Assembly: GCA_903889245.1 (NCBI GenBank) | Contig: CAISWQ010000038.1 | Span: 68,763 to 132,762, forward strand | DNA length: 64,000 nt | From: an uncultured Lentisphaerota bacterium | GTDB taxonomy: Bacteria > Verrucomicrobiota > Kiritimatiellia > CAIQIC01 | Direction of reading: 5' to 3' | In this document: positions 39,701 to 47,285 of the stretch, in pieces | How the letters are laid out: each line of letters opens with the position of its first letter | Numbering within the stretch: position 1 is the first letter of the stretch | Position numbers and translations under genes: made by a program | Notes under the pieces: generated by a model | The model's database searches: none | What the model saw: the letters and a program-made list of their open reading frames with translations, nothing else | Told to the model about the DNA's origin: nothing

Positions 39701-39962
39701 GGGCCTCACCAACGCTGTTTTTCATGATAATGGCGACAACGTGCTGCTCGCCACTAATGCCGCCGGAGTCATGCAAAGGTCTTTTACGTATGATGGGAGT
39801 GGCACCAACTGGACCAGCATAGGCAATGCCTCGCTGCCTGTCCCCACCTGGTGCGACGAACCGCCCGGTTCGCCCACCTACGGTACGACAGCCAAAGGTT
39901 ATCAAGCCGGAAGCCGCGCCATCTTGCTCCTCAAGGTCAGTGAGAGTTTCAACTTCAAATGA
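36726..39962 (+). CDS. Large secreted alpha/beta-hydrolase (PGAP1/lipase-like) with a long uncharacterised C-terminal region
   Basis: Signal peptide; PILFVHGIND, VLVAHSMGGL, LVTLATPHCGSP, GDGVVSLKSA, QDHS. Confidence 0.8.
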   Translation: MRLVIHQVLRLFVVAILPGLGFAQQSRVLAWKPTIDDPSETMLYRPEPILFVHGINDNDSGWAAAIEALQPSFSGYYISRDIDDFSREQTNGLNAVQQPYLHTFNYGNYVRANLPDNAQSFDHIEWNAWEADMKSRAFTNAFLRSVSTNITVRKWQWNNDENKWDWVSETVTLPPDPEHLHPPINDNRKTLQQRIDDLRQAYRIFTNVPNNVLVAHSMGGLLSHYYLCKKEEAAQDSGVRRLVTLATPHCGSPVANDQFKSLVINPVDRIAHGANMTIWYKFARTITFGRKDPVGYTRYSAGGALEDLTVSISGGGYLAYANDLQTFFETHSVPTLEYVFNGYTMPTFTLYKTYRLFGGNAAAWSDVKIGDGVVSLKSAAGKSSNDASSIWTGQDPVVFQPWTGQDHSDANKHIPSLFASLFGVPNQWPGPPARPPVYENVIPSYARTYGENQSFGKYLPWWWGWWNENEAYWASDEPGIGDVTLLCERPQGNALVISALNTWGLTNDNVTGFNLPKKLHTAHSNLVAHQILGDPQAQLRVLALAGAKNHARIPFGMDGTNFWAVDGNEYLPASLQVRYAASTAPIDTITNPFQSGCIASTVTLLDTNDAPQFQYGLFDRAFNSTAYRPQAPNTVYFAMEATNLAGFFTPQAERGFDVPVNSATVVNLLCGINEREAAAGVGQTHWMTWVTEWIDLSPTNTTITLNFFPKDDPNTWGFWLEDAFTDTLYEDWTAYDNVSKKFTIPPPDAQRCLKVTYEAYLGGLASFTNLYEGSTNFCVVPPLTNASALAGIPATPEFVQQMKDALYRLFPRYVDHTLAAEGNFNNWLATHPTAADLPMLAATNLAGVTPNYCWDCTTNMLSGQDFVELHTASTNLQWIRFKGDWNSLGMTNTAFGVGWTNSFQANAWCASKTLAESDFQTNRWEGGDPNWIAAPHAGSYGEVADGGWGGLWSVYSSHLTRSYCSFGGNNLPLATNVSAQLYFPVFTYASPWGLTNAVFHDNGDNVLLATNAAGVMQRSFTYDGSGTNWTSIGNASLPVPTWCDEPPGSPTYGTTAKGYQAGSRAILLLKVSESFNFK

Positions 39963-39980
39963 GCCCATCTTGCTTGGCCC

Positions 39981-40046
39981 GGCATGCCTTTGGAAAACGA
40001 GAAGTTCGGGCTTCCAATCCCGCTGCTGCGGGACAAGTCCTTGGAA
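39981..40046. repeat. Degenerate TTCCAA doublet; second unit split by a 20-bp hairpin insertion
   Basis: Half-site TTGGAA at 39990, then TTCCAA-TCC-cgctgctgcgggacaag-TCC-TTGGAA from 40012. Confidence 0.65.
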
Positions 40047-40057
40047 GAGGTGAAAAC

Positions 40058-41680
40058 ATGAAAGCTCTGGCGATGATGTTGCTGGCGGGGGTTCAGGCGT
40101 CGGCGGCCAACGAGGTGGCGACCGATGCGGCGCTGCGCGCGCGCGCGGCGCGGGAGAGCGCCGTGCCGGTGCGGCCGGGCGTGCCGGGCGCGCAGCCGTT
40201 CTGGAACGAGAAGGCGGTACAGTTCCTCTACGCGCCGGCGTTCGACTTCAAAGAAGTCGCGGGCGCGCAGAAGTACCGCTTCGTCGTCACGCCGGACAAA
40301 GGCAAGGAACTTTCCTTCGAGGCGGAGAAGCCCTTTGCGCCGCTCACGCCGATCTGGGCGAAGCTGAACGCGGGCGAGGCGAAGCTGGTGGTGACTGCGC
40401 TCGACGCGCAGGGTGGGGCGGTCGGGCAGCCGCAGTCGCGCGCGTTCCACCGCGCGATGGTGCTCGGCAGGGAATATCCCGCGCCGTCGCTTCCGTGGCG
40501 CGAGAGCGCACGCCAGGCGTTGGCGGCGCTCGTGCACTCGCCCGACCTGCGCTGCTGGTTCACCAACGGCGTGCCGGCGGAGCCGTTCCATCTCTATCGT
40601 TATCCCTCGAAGATCGTCGGTGCGGCCGCGTCGGCGCTCGCCACCTATGCGGCGCAGACGCCGCCGCCCGCCGACGCGGTCGGGGCGCTCGCGGCGGCGC
40701 GGCGCGCAGCGGACTATCTGCTCGCGATGAGCGAGCCGGCGGAGTCGGTGTGGGCGTTCCATCCGCCGACCTATCACCCGACGCTCTTCGGCAACCGGCT
40801 GCGCGGCCACATGCAGCCGGGCCGCTACATGACGCTCTGCGGTGGGGAGACCGGTCAGTATTACCTCGACGTTTTCGCCGCGACCAAGGATACGAAATAT
40901 CGCGACGCCGCCGTGCGCATCGCCGAGACCTACGCGAAGCGACAGTTGCCGGAGGGGAGCTGGCTGCAGTTTGTCATCGCGCGCGATGGCCAGCCGGTGA
41001 CGGACAACGTGCTCGTGCCGACCGTGGTCGTCAGCTTCCTCGACCGGCTCGCGCAGGTGACCGGCGAGACGCGGTTCGACGCGATGCGTGCCAAGGCCGT
41101 CGCGTGGATCGGGCAGCACCCGGTGCGGACGTGGAACTGGCAGGGCCAGTTCGAGGACGTACAGCCGCTGCCGCCGTACCAGAATTTGACCAAGCACGAT
41201 GCGTGCGACTTCGCGATCCATCTGTTCCAGACGGCGGCCAAGGACCCGGCGCAGCAGGCGCTCGCGCTCGACCTGCTGCGCTTCTCCGAGGACCAGTTCG
41301 TCATCTGGGGTCAGCCGCCGACGGCCTCGCCGACGAAGCAGAACCCCGATGGCAAGGCCGGCGCGCGGGTGAACAGGTGGATGTTGCCGTGCGTACTCGA
41401 GCAGTACCGCTGCTACGCGCCGGTGTGCGCGAGTTCGGCCAAGCTCATCCGCACCTATCTCGCCGCCTTTGCCGCGACGCAGGACCGCCTGCACTTGGAG
41501 AAGGCGAAGGCGCTCGCCGGCACGCTGACGCACACGCAGGGGAGCAAGGCCGCGCCGGGCCGCTATCTCACGTGGCTGATGCAGCCGAGCGGTCCGATGT
41601 GGTTCAACTGCGAACTCTCCGCCCTCCGCGCGATGGAGGAGCTCGCACAGGCGGATCAACCCGAGGGAGCCAGCCGATGA
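40058..41680 (+). CDS. Secreted hypothetical protein, probable alpha/alpha toroid (in-frame upstream ATG at 39959)
   Basis: Signal peptide MKALAMMLLAGVQASA; helical repeats such as TKDTKYRDAAVRIA and TQDRLHLEKAKALA. Confidence 0.6.
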   Translation: MKALAMMLLAGVQASAANEVATDAALRARAARESAVPVRPGVPGAQPFWNEKAVQFLYAPAFDFKEVAGAQKYRFVVTPDKGKELSFEAEKPFAPLTPIWAKLNAGEAKLVVTALDAQGGAVGQPQSRAFHRAMVLGREYPAPSLPWRESARQALAALVHSPDLRCWFTNGVPAEPFHLYRYPSKIVGAAASALATYAAQTPPPADAVGALAAARRAADYLLAMSEPAESVWAFHPPTYHPTLFGNRLRGHMQPGRYMTLCGGETGQYYLDVFAATKDTKYRDAAVRIAETYAKRQLPEGSWLQFVIARDGQPVTDNVLVPTVVVSFLDRLAQVTGETRFDAMRAKAVAWIGQHPVRTWNWQGQFEDVQPLPPYQNLTKHDACDFAIHLFQTAAKDPAQQALALDLLRFSEDQFVIWGQPPTASPTKQNPDGKAGARVNRWMLPCVLEQYRCYAPVCASSAKLIRTYLAAFAATQDRLHLEKAKALAGTLTHTQGSKAAPGRYLTWLMQPSGPMWFNCELSALRAMEELAQADQPEGASR

Positions 41681-43116
41681 AATTGATCTCACCAGTTCTG
41701 GGGTTGCTGTTCGCGGCGGTGGTTGCGCGCGCGGGCTTCGTCTCGGTGGAGCAGGAGGCGGGCGTGTGGTGGTTCAAGTCGCCGGAGGGGAAGCCGTTCG
41801 TTTCCATCGGCGCTAATCACGTGGAGCCGGTCTACTGGCAGTCGCCGAACAACAAGACGTTCATCGCGGAGACGTACGGGCCGGAACTCTTCGCGGCGGA
41901 TGGTGGCTTGCGCGAGGGTTCGCCGGCGGCGGCGAAGTGGGGCCGGCGCGTGGCGCAGAATTTCGACGCGTGGGGTTTCAACACGCTGGGCTTCCACAAT
42001 CCGCTGTCGAAAAGTCTCCAGTCGGCGGGCGCCGCCTATTACGTCATCGAGCTGGACCTGCACGTGCCGTGGGGCTGGAACTCGCCGCGCTCGGCGCTGG
42101 TGCGCGCCTTCCGCCGGAATCCGCTCGATGTCTTCGGCGACGAGTTCGTGGCCGCGGTCAACGCCAACGCCGCCGCCGTGGTGCAGCCCTACGCCGATGA
42201 CCCGCGCGTGCTGGGCTATGCCTACACCGATGGCCCGCCGTGGACGGTGGACGACGACACCGGCGACGCCGCGTTCCAGAAACTTTCCGTCGCCGGGAAG
42301 AAAATACATCCGTGGTCGCTCGCGCTGATGTCGTTGCCCGCGACGGCCAAGGGCAAGCAAGCGTGGCTGGCGCTGATGAAGGAGCGCTATCCCGCGCCCG
42401 ACAAAGCCGGCGCGACCTACGCGCTGACGATCACGAGTTGGGACGAACTCGCTGCGCACACGACGTGGACGAAGCTCGGCGACGCCGCCCGCGCCGCGGA
42501 GGATGGCCAGGCGTTCCTGCTGAAGATCATGCAGCAGTGGTACGCGGTGCGAAAAGCGGGCATCCGCAAGTACGATGCGAACCACCTCATCCTCGGCGAC
42601 AAGCTGAACATGAATCGCGACTCGCGACATCCCGCCGAGCTGACGCAGAGCCTGCGCGTGATGAAGCCGCATGTGGACGTGATCAACATCCAGTACTACG
42701 GCTACTTCGAGAAGCAGCGCGAGGCGCTCGCGTTGCTCCACCGCGAGACGCAACTGCCGATCCTCAACGGCGACACGACCTTCACGCCCTACTGGAAAGA
42801 CCCCGGTGCGGACGCGGCGGACTATTACCGTCAGCTCGGCGAAGCCTACGCGGGCGAGCTGACCAAGCTGTTCACGCTGCCCTATTTCATCGGCTGGCAC
42901 CACTGCGGCTATGTGCGCGGGCTGCGGCCACCCTATGCGGCGGCGCTCAAGCGTGGCGATCAAAAGGCCGCCGAGGAATTCGTGAAGGGCCGGCACACGC
43001 TGCGCGAGGGGTTCATCACCGAGACCGAGGAGCCCATCGCGCCGCTGCTCACGCCGCTGGTCGCCGCGTGGAAGAAATGCGCAGCGGTGCACCGCGCCGG
43101 GGGAGCGACGAAATGA
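41677..43116 (+). CDS. GH50/beta-agarase-like (clan GH-A) protein with atypical catalytic-site motifs
   Basis: GVWWFKSPEG.PFVSIG.NHV, WGFNTLG, DDPRVLGY, IRKYDANHLILGDK, YFIGWHHC; ATGA overlaps at both ends. Confidence 0.7.
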   Translation: MKLISPVLGLLFAAVVARAGFVSVEQEAGVWWFKSPEGKPFVSIGANHVEPVYWQSPNNKTFIAETYGPELFAADGGLREGSPAAAKWGRRVAQNFDAWGFNTLGFHNPLSKSLQSAGAAYYVIELDLHVPWGWNSPRSALVRAFRRNPLDVFGDEFVAAVNANAAAVVQPYADDPRVLGYAYTDGPPWTVDDDTGDAAFQKLSVAGKKIHPWSLALMSLPATAKGKQAWLALMKERYPAPDKAGATYALTITSWDELAAHTTWTKLGDAARAAEDGQAFLLKIMQQWYAVRKAGIRKYDANHLILGDKLNMNRDSRHPAELTQSLRVMKPHVDVINIQYYGYFEKQREALALLHRETQLPILNGDTTFTPYWKDPGADAADYYRQLGEAYAGELTKLFTLPYFIGWHHCGYVRGLRPPYAAALKRGDQKAAEEFVKGRHTLREGFITETEEPIAPLLTPLVAAWKKCAAVHRAGGATK

Positions 43117-44858
43117 AAAACCGATTTCGATGGCAGGCTTCGCCGGGATTCCCCGAAAATCATTTCCGCCGGGTCGGTGCCCCGGCCTACAGTCCGGACG
43201 CCGCTGTTCCGGTGGCGTGCTGTAGGCCGCGTGACCTTACGCGGCGTCCGCTGCGGCTGGCGGCGCAACGAAGTCCTCACGCTCCGCGTGAGGTCCTGTC
43301 GCGGCATAGCCGCGTCAGTTTTCCAAGGCTTGGAAAATTTTCCGCGCGTTTTTCCAAGGCTTGGAAAAGTGGCGCCGGGTTGTTGCTGGCGGCGGGCCTG
43401 CTTTTTCCAATGCCTGGAAAAACGGCTGCCGCGACTTTCCAATCCTTGGAAAACAAGACGCCGCCCAACGTGCTGTTCATCGCGATTGACGACCTGAACG
43501 ACTGGGTGGGTTGCCTCGGCGGTCACCCGCAAGCGCATACGCCCCACCTCGATGCGCTCGCGGCGCGCGGCACGCTGTTTGGCAACGCGCATTGCCAGTC
43601 GCCGCTGTGCAACCCATCGCGCACCAGCCTGCTGACGGGGCTGCGCCCCTCGGCGACGGGCATCTACGGCCTGCTGCCGGGCCTGCGCGATGTCGCCGCG
43701 ACGCGGGACTGCGTCACGCTGCCGCAGTACTTCGCGGCGCACGGCTATTTCACGGCCACTTTCGGCAAGGTGTATCACGATGGCTCGATTCCGCCGGCGC
43801 TGCGCACGAATGAGTGCAGTGTGTGGGGTAGCGCGCCGGGCATGCCGCTGCCGCCGAAAAAATTCGTGGCGACGCCTGACCCGATGCGGGTGATGGACTG
43901 GGGCGTCTTCCCCGCCGACGACCGCGAGCAGGCGGATTGGAAAATCGCCGACGCCACGATCGCGCAGCTCAAGGCGCGCCCGGCGGGCCGGCCGTTTTTC
44001 ATCGCGTGCGGGTTCCGGCTGCCGCATGTGCCGTGCTTCGCGTCGCAAAAGTGGTTCGACCTGCTGCCGCCGGAAAACGAGATCGTGCTGCCGCCGGTCA
44101 AGGAGCGCGAGCGCGAGGGCACGCCGGAGTTTGCGTGGTACCTGCACTGGAAGCTGCCGGAGCCGCGGCTCACGTGGCTGAAAAAAGCCGGCCAGTGGCG
44201 GCCGCTCGTCCGCGCCTACCTCGCCAGCACGGCGTTCATGGATAGCCAGCTCGGGCGCGTGCTGGCGGCGCTCCAGGCGGAGGGCGTCGCGGAGCGGACC
44301 ATCGTGGTGCTGTGGTCGGACAACGCGTGGCATCTGGGCGAGAAAGGGATCACCGGCAAGACGACGCTGTGGGAGCGGTCAACGCATGTGCCGCTGATCT
44401 TTGCGGGGCCGGGCGTGACGCGCGGCGCGAAGTGCGGACAGCCGGCGGAGTTGCTCGATATCTATCCCACGCTCCTCGAACTCTGCGGCCTGCCGGCGAA
44501 GGGCGGGCTGGCCGGGCACAGCCTGATGCCGCAGTTGCGTAACGCGGCCGCGCCGCGGCCGTGGCCCGCGCTGACGACGCACAATCCGGGGAATCACGGC
44601 GTGCGTTCCGAGCACTGGCGCTACATCCGGTACGCCGATGGCTCGGAGGAACTGTATGACCTGCGCGCCGACCCGCACGAGTGGAACAACCTCGCCAGGG
44701 AGCCGCGCTATGCCGACGTGGTCCGCGACCACGCGCGCTGGCTGCCCAGGGAAAATGCGCCGCTCGCGCCCGGCAGCGCCGCGCGGATTCTGGAGCAGAG
44801 GAACGGCGTCTGGTTTTGGGAAGGCCAGCCGATTGACCCGGCGCAAAAAGAGGAATGA
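43113..44858 (+). CDS. Sulfatase (iduronate-2-sulfatase/choline-sulfatase-like) with a long repeat-derived N-terminal leader
   Basis: PNVLFIAIDDLNDW, CNPSRTSLLTG, GKVYH, GFRLPHVP, WSDNAWHLGEK; ATGA overlap start. Confidence 0.9.
   Translation: MKNRFRWQASPGFPENHFRRVGAPAYSPDAAVPVACCRPRDLTRRPLRLAAQRSPHAPREVLSRHSRVSFPRLGKFSARFSKAWKSGAGLLLAAGLLFPMPGKTAAATFQSLENKTPPNVLFIAIDDLNDWVGCLGGHPQAHTPHLDALAARGTLFGNAHCQSPLCNPSRTSLLTGLRPSATGIYGLLPGLRDVAATRDCVTLPQYFAAHGYFTATFGKVYHDGSIPPALRTNECSVWGSAPGMPLPPKKFVATPDPMRVMDWGVFPADDREQADWKIADATIAQLKARPAGRPFFIACGFRLPHVPCFASQKWFDLLPPENEIVLPPVKEREREGTPEFAWYLHWKLPEPRLTWLKKAGQWRPLVRAYLASTAFMDSQLGRVLAALQAEGVAERTIVVLWSDNAWHLGEKGITGKTTLWERSTHVPLIFAGPGVTRGAKCGQPAELLDIYPTLLELCGLPAKGGLAGHSLMPQLRNAAAPRPWPALTTHNPGNHGVRSEHWRYIRYADGSEELYDLRADPHEWNNLAREPRYADVVRDHARWLPRENAPLAPGSAARILEQRNGVWFWEGQPIDPAQKEE
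43167..43293. repeat. REP-like hairpin cluster, copy 2 (inverted GTAG-REP-A, GTAG-REP-B, third hairpin)
   Basis: CGCCGGGTCGGTGCCCCGGCCTACA; TGTAGGCCGCGTGACCTTACGCGGCGTC; CCTCACGC-TCC-GCGTGAGG. Confidence 0.78.
43319..43453. repeat. Array of 4 TTCCAA-N3-TTGGAA palindromes in a sulfatase leader
   Basis: Cores at 43321, 43352, 43405, 43437 (31, 53, 32). Confidence 0.92.
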
Positions 44859-44894
44859 TCAGGCATTGACCATGAATCAACGGAGCGCATCCAC

Positions 44895-47285
44895 ATGAAA
44901 AAGATACGACGGAACGTCATGCTTGCATGTTTCGGACTGCTGGTCAGCGTGCCGGCCGCGTTCGCGGGGCCGGTCTATCAGTTCCTGCGGGTCGGCGAGG
45001 TGCAGCCGCGCGGCTGGCTGCAGGAACAGATCTGCATGGATGTGACCAATGGCTACGGGCCGCACCTGGACAAGCTGACGACGCGCATCGCCACCAAGAA
45101 TTTCGACAGCCGCCACAAGAGCGAGCTGGTCAAGCCGAAGATCGGCGCGGACTGGTGGGATGGCGAGACGACCGGCAACTGGTTCGATGGGTTCGTCCGC
45201 TCCGCCTATCTCTCCGGCGATGCGGCGGCGAAAAAGCGTGCGGATGCCTACGTGGCCGAGTTCCTCGCGATGCAGGACGACGACGGCTATCTCGGCATCT
45301 ATCCGCGGGCGCAGCGCTTCGCCTCGCCGATCGGGGTGCAGAACGGCGAGTTCTGGACGCAGGCGTGCCTGTTCCGCGGGCTGCTGGCCTACTATGAAAT
45401 GACCGGGCGCGCCGACGTGCTCGCCGCCGTGCAGCGCGCGACGAAGCTGATGCTGTCGAAGTATGGCGCGGACCGGCCGTACTGGCGCGAGACCATCGGC
45501 GGCGGCGGGCCGGGCCACAACATCATGTTCGTGGATATCTGCGAGTGGCTGCACCGCCTCACGGGCGAGGCCGACTACGTGAAGTTCGCGAAGTTCCTCT
45601 ACGATGGCTACTGCCAGCCCACCGAGGTGCGCGACGCCGATGTGCAGTTGCGGAATCTGTGCGACCTGAACAAGCCGTTCCAGGGCCACGGTGCGCACGT
45701 GATGGAGCACCTCCGCGTGCCGCTGTTCCTCGCGGCGGCCACAGGCGAGGCGCAGTACCGCATGGCCGCCGACAACTTCTTCCCGAAGACCGCGCGCCAC
45801 CTGACCGCCGGCGGCGCGTGCATCAGCGACGAGAACGTGCGCGGCCGGCCCGGCAGCCCGGTCATCGGCTGCGAATACTGCACGATGCTGGAACTGCTCC
45901 ACGCGCTGCAGTCGGCGGTGGAGAAATCCGGGCGCGCGCCGCTGGCCGACGCCATCGAGGTGCTCGCGTTCAACGCCGCCGAGGGCGCGCGGCAGCGCGA
46001 CGGCCGGGCGATCCAGTATTGCTCCTCCGACAACCAGCTCGAGATCAACGGCAAGGCGTTTGGCCGGCGGATGAAGCTCTCTCCCACGCACGAGGACGTC
46101 GCCGTCTGCTGCCCGGTGACGGCGCTGAAATTTTTCCCCTACTTTGTCAACGAGCTGTGGATGAAGACCGCGGCGGGCGATGGCCTCGTGGCGGTGAACT
46201 ACGCGCCGAACGAACTCACGACGAAAATCAACGGCGTGGGCGTGCGCATCACGAGCGACACCGCCTATCCCTTCGAGGACGAGGTGCGCCTGACCATCAC
46301 GCCGGAAAAACCGCTGACGTGCCCGCTCAAGCTGCGCGTGCCGGGGTGGGCGGGGACGATGAGCGTGGCCGCGCCCGGCGCGCGCGTGAGCGAGAGCGCG
46401 GGTTGGCGCGAGGTCACCAAGGAATGGCGCGCGGGCGACCGCCTCGTCATCACGTTCCAACCGGAGGTCCAGCGCAAGGCGCTGGCCGGCGGCGAAATCT
46501 TCTGGCAGCGCGGCCCGCTGGTCTATGCGCTGCCGTTGCCCTCCGAATGCAAACAGATCAAAAGCTACCCCGTCGCCGGCTTCGGCGACTTTGAACTCAC
46601 GCCGGGCGCCGGTGCGCATTGGAATTACGCGATGGAGGAGCAGGGTGGGGCGTTCCAGTTTGCGCGCGCCGTCACGCAGGGCAATCCGTGGATCAACCCG
46701 CCGGTACGGTTGAACGGGAAGCTCGTCAACGCCAAGTCAGGCCAAAGTGAGCCGGTGGAGTTGGTGCCGATGGGCGCGAGCCTGCTGCGGCGCGTCACGT
46801 TCCCGGATGCCCAAGCGCTGCGCGCCGTCGCTGCGCTGGCCGAGGCGTTGAAAGGCGGGCAGAATCTCGCGCGCCAGTCGCGCGTGACCGCGTCCACCTC
46901 GGCGAAGGGCTATGCGCCGCAGGCCGTCGCGGATGGCGTCGTGGAAGGCTTCCCCGATAATCTTGCCGCCGAGTGGGCGAGCAATCGCGAAACGGTCAGC
47001 GCGAAGGTGAAGCTGACGTGGGAGAAACCTGTGACGGTTGGCAGCGTGTGGCTCTTCGACCGGCCGAATCCCGCCGACCATGTGGTCGCCGCCAAAATTA
47101 ATTTCAGCGATGGCACCAGCGAGACGGTCGGCGAGTTGCCCAACGATGGTGCGACGCCGCTGAAGCTGAACTTCGCCGCGAAGCGCATCACGTGGATGGA
47201 AATCGTTGTCGCCAAGGTTGGAGACAAAACCAAAAATGTCGGCTTCGCGGAGATCGCCGTATTCGAGAAGGAGCCCAAACCATGA
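44895..47285 (+). CDS. GH127 (beta-L-arabinofuranosidase-like) glycoside hydrolase with a C-terminal galactose-binding-like module
   Basis: VQPRGWL, QDDDGYLG, GHGAH, ISDE, CEYC, CCP, TAYPF, LRVPGWA, RGPLVYAL. Confidence 0.85.
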   Translation: MKKIRRNVMLACFGLLVSVPAAFAGPVYQFLRVGEVQPRGWLQEQICMDVTNGYGPHLDKLTTRIATKNFDSRHKSELVKPKIGADWWDGETTGNWFDGFVRSAYLSGDAAAKKRADAYVAEFLAMQDDDGYLGIYPRAQRFASPIGVQNGEFWTQACLFRGLLAYYEMTGRADVLAAVQRATKLMLSKYGADRPYWRETIGGGGPGHNIMFVDICEWLHRLTGEADYVKFAKFLYDGYCQPTEVRDADVQLRNLCDLNKPFQGHGAHVMEHLRVPLFLAAATGEAQYRMAADNFFPKTARHLTAGGACISDENVRGRPGSPVIGCEYCTMLELLHALQSAVEKSGRAPLADAIEVLAFNAAEGARQRDGRAIQYCSSDNQLEINGKAFGRRMKLSPTHEDVAVCCPVTALKFFPYFVNELWMKTAAGDGLVAVNYAPNELTTKINGVGVRITSDTAYPFEDEVRLTITPEKPLTCPLKLRVPGWAGTMSVAAPGARVSESAGWREVTKEWRAGDRLVITFQPEVQRKALAGGEIFWQRGPLVYALPLPSECKQIKSYPVAGFGDFELTPGAGAHWNYAMEEQGGAFQFARAVTQGNPWINPPVRLNGKLVNAKSGQSEPVELVPMGASLLRRVTFPDAQALRAVAALAEALKGGQNLARQSRVTASTSAKGYAPQAVADGVVEGFPDNLAAEWASNRETVSAKVKLTWEKPVTVGSVWLFDRPNPADHVVAAKINFSDGTSETVGELPNDGATPLKLNFAAKRITWMEIVVAKVGDKTKNVGFAEIAVFEKEPKP

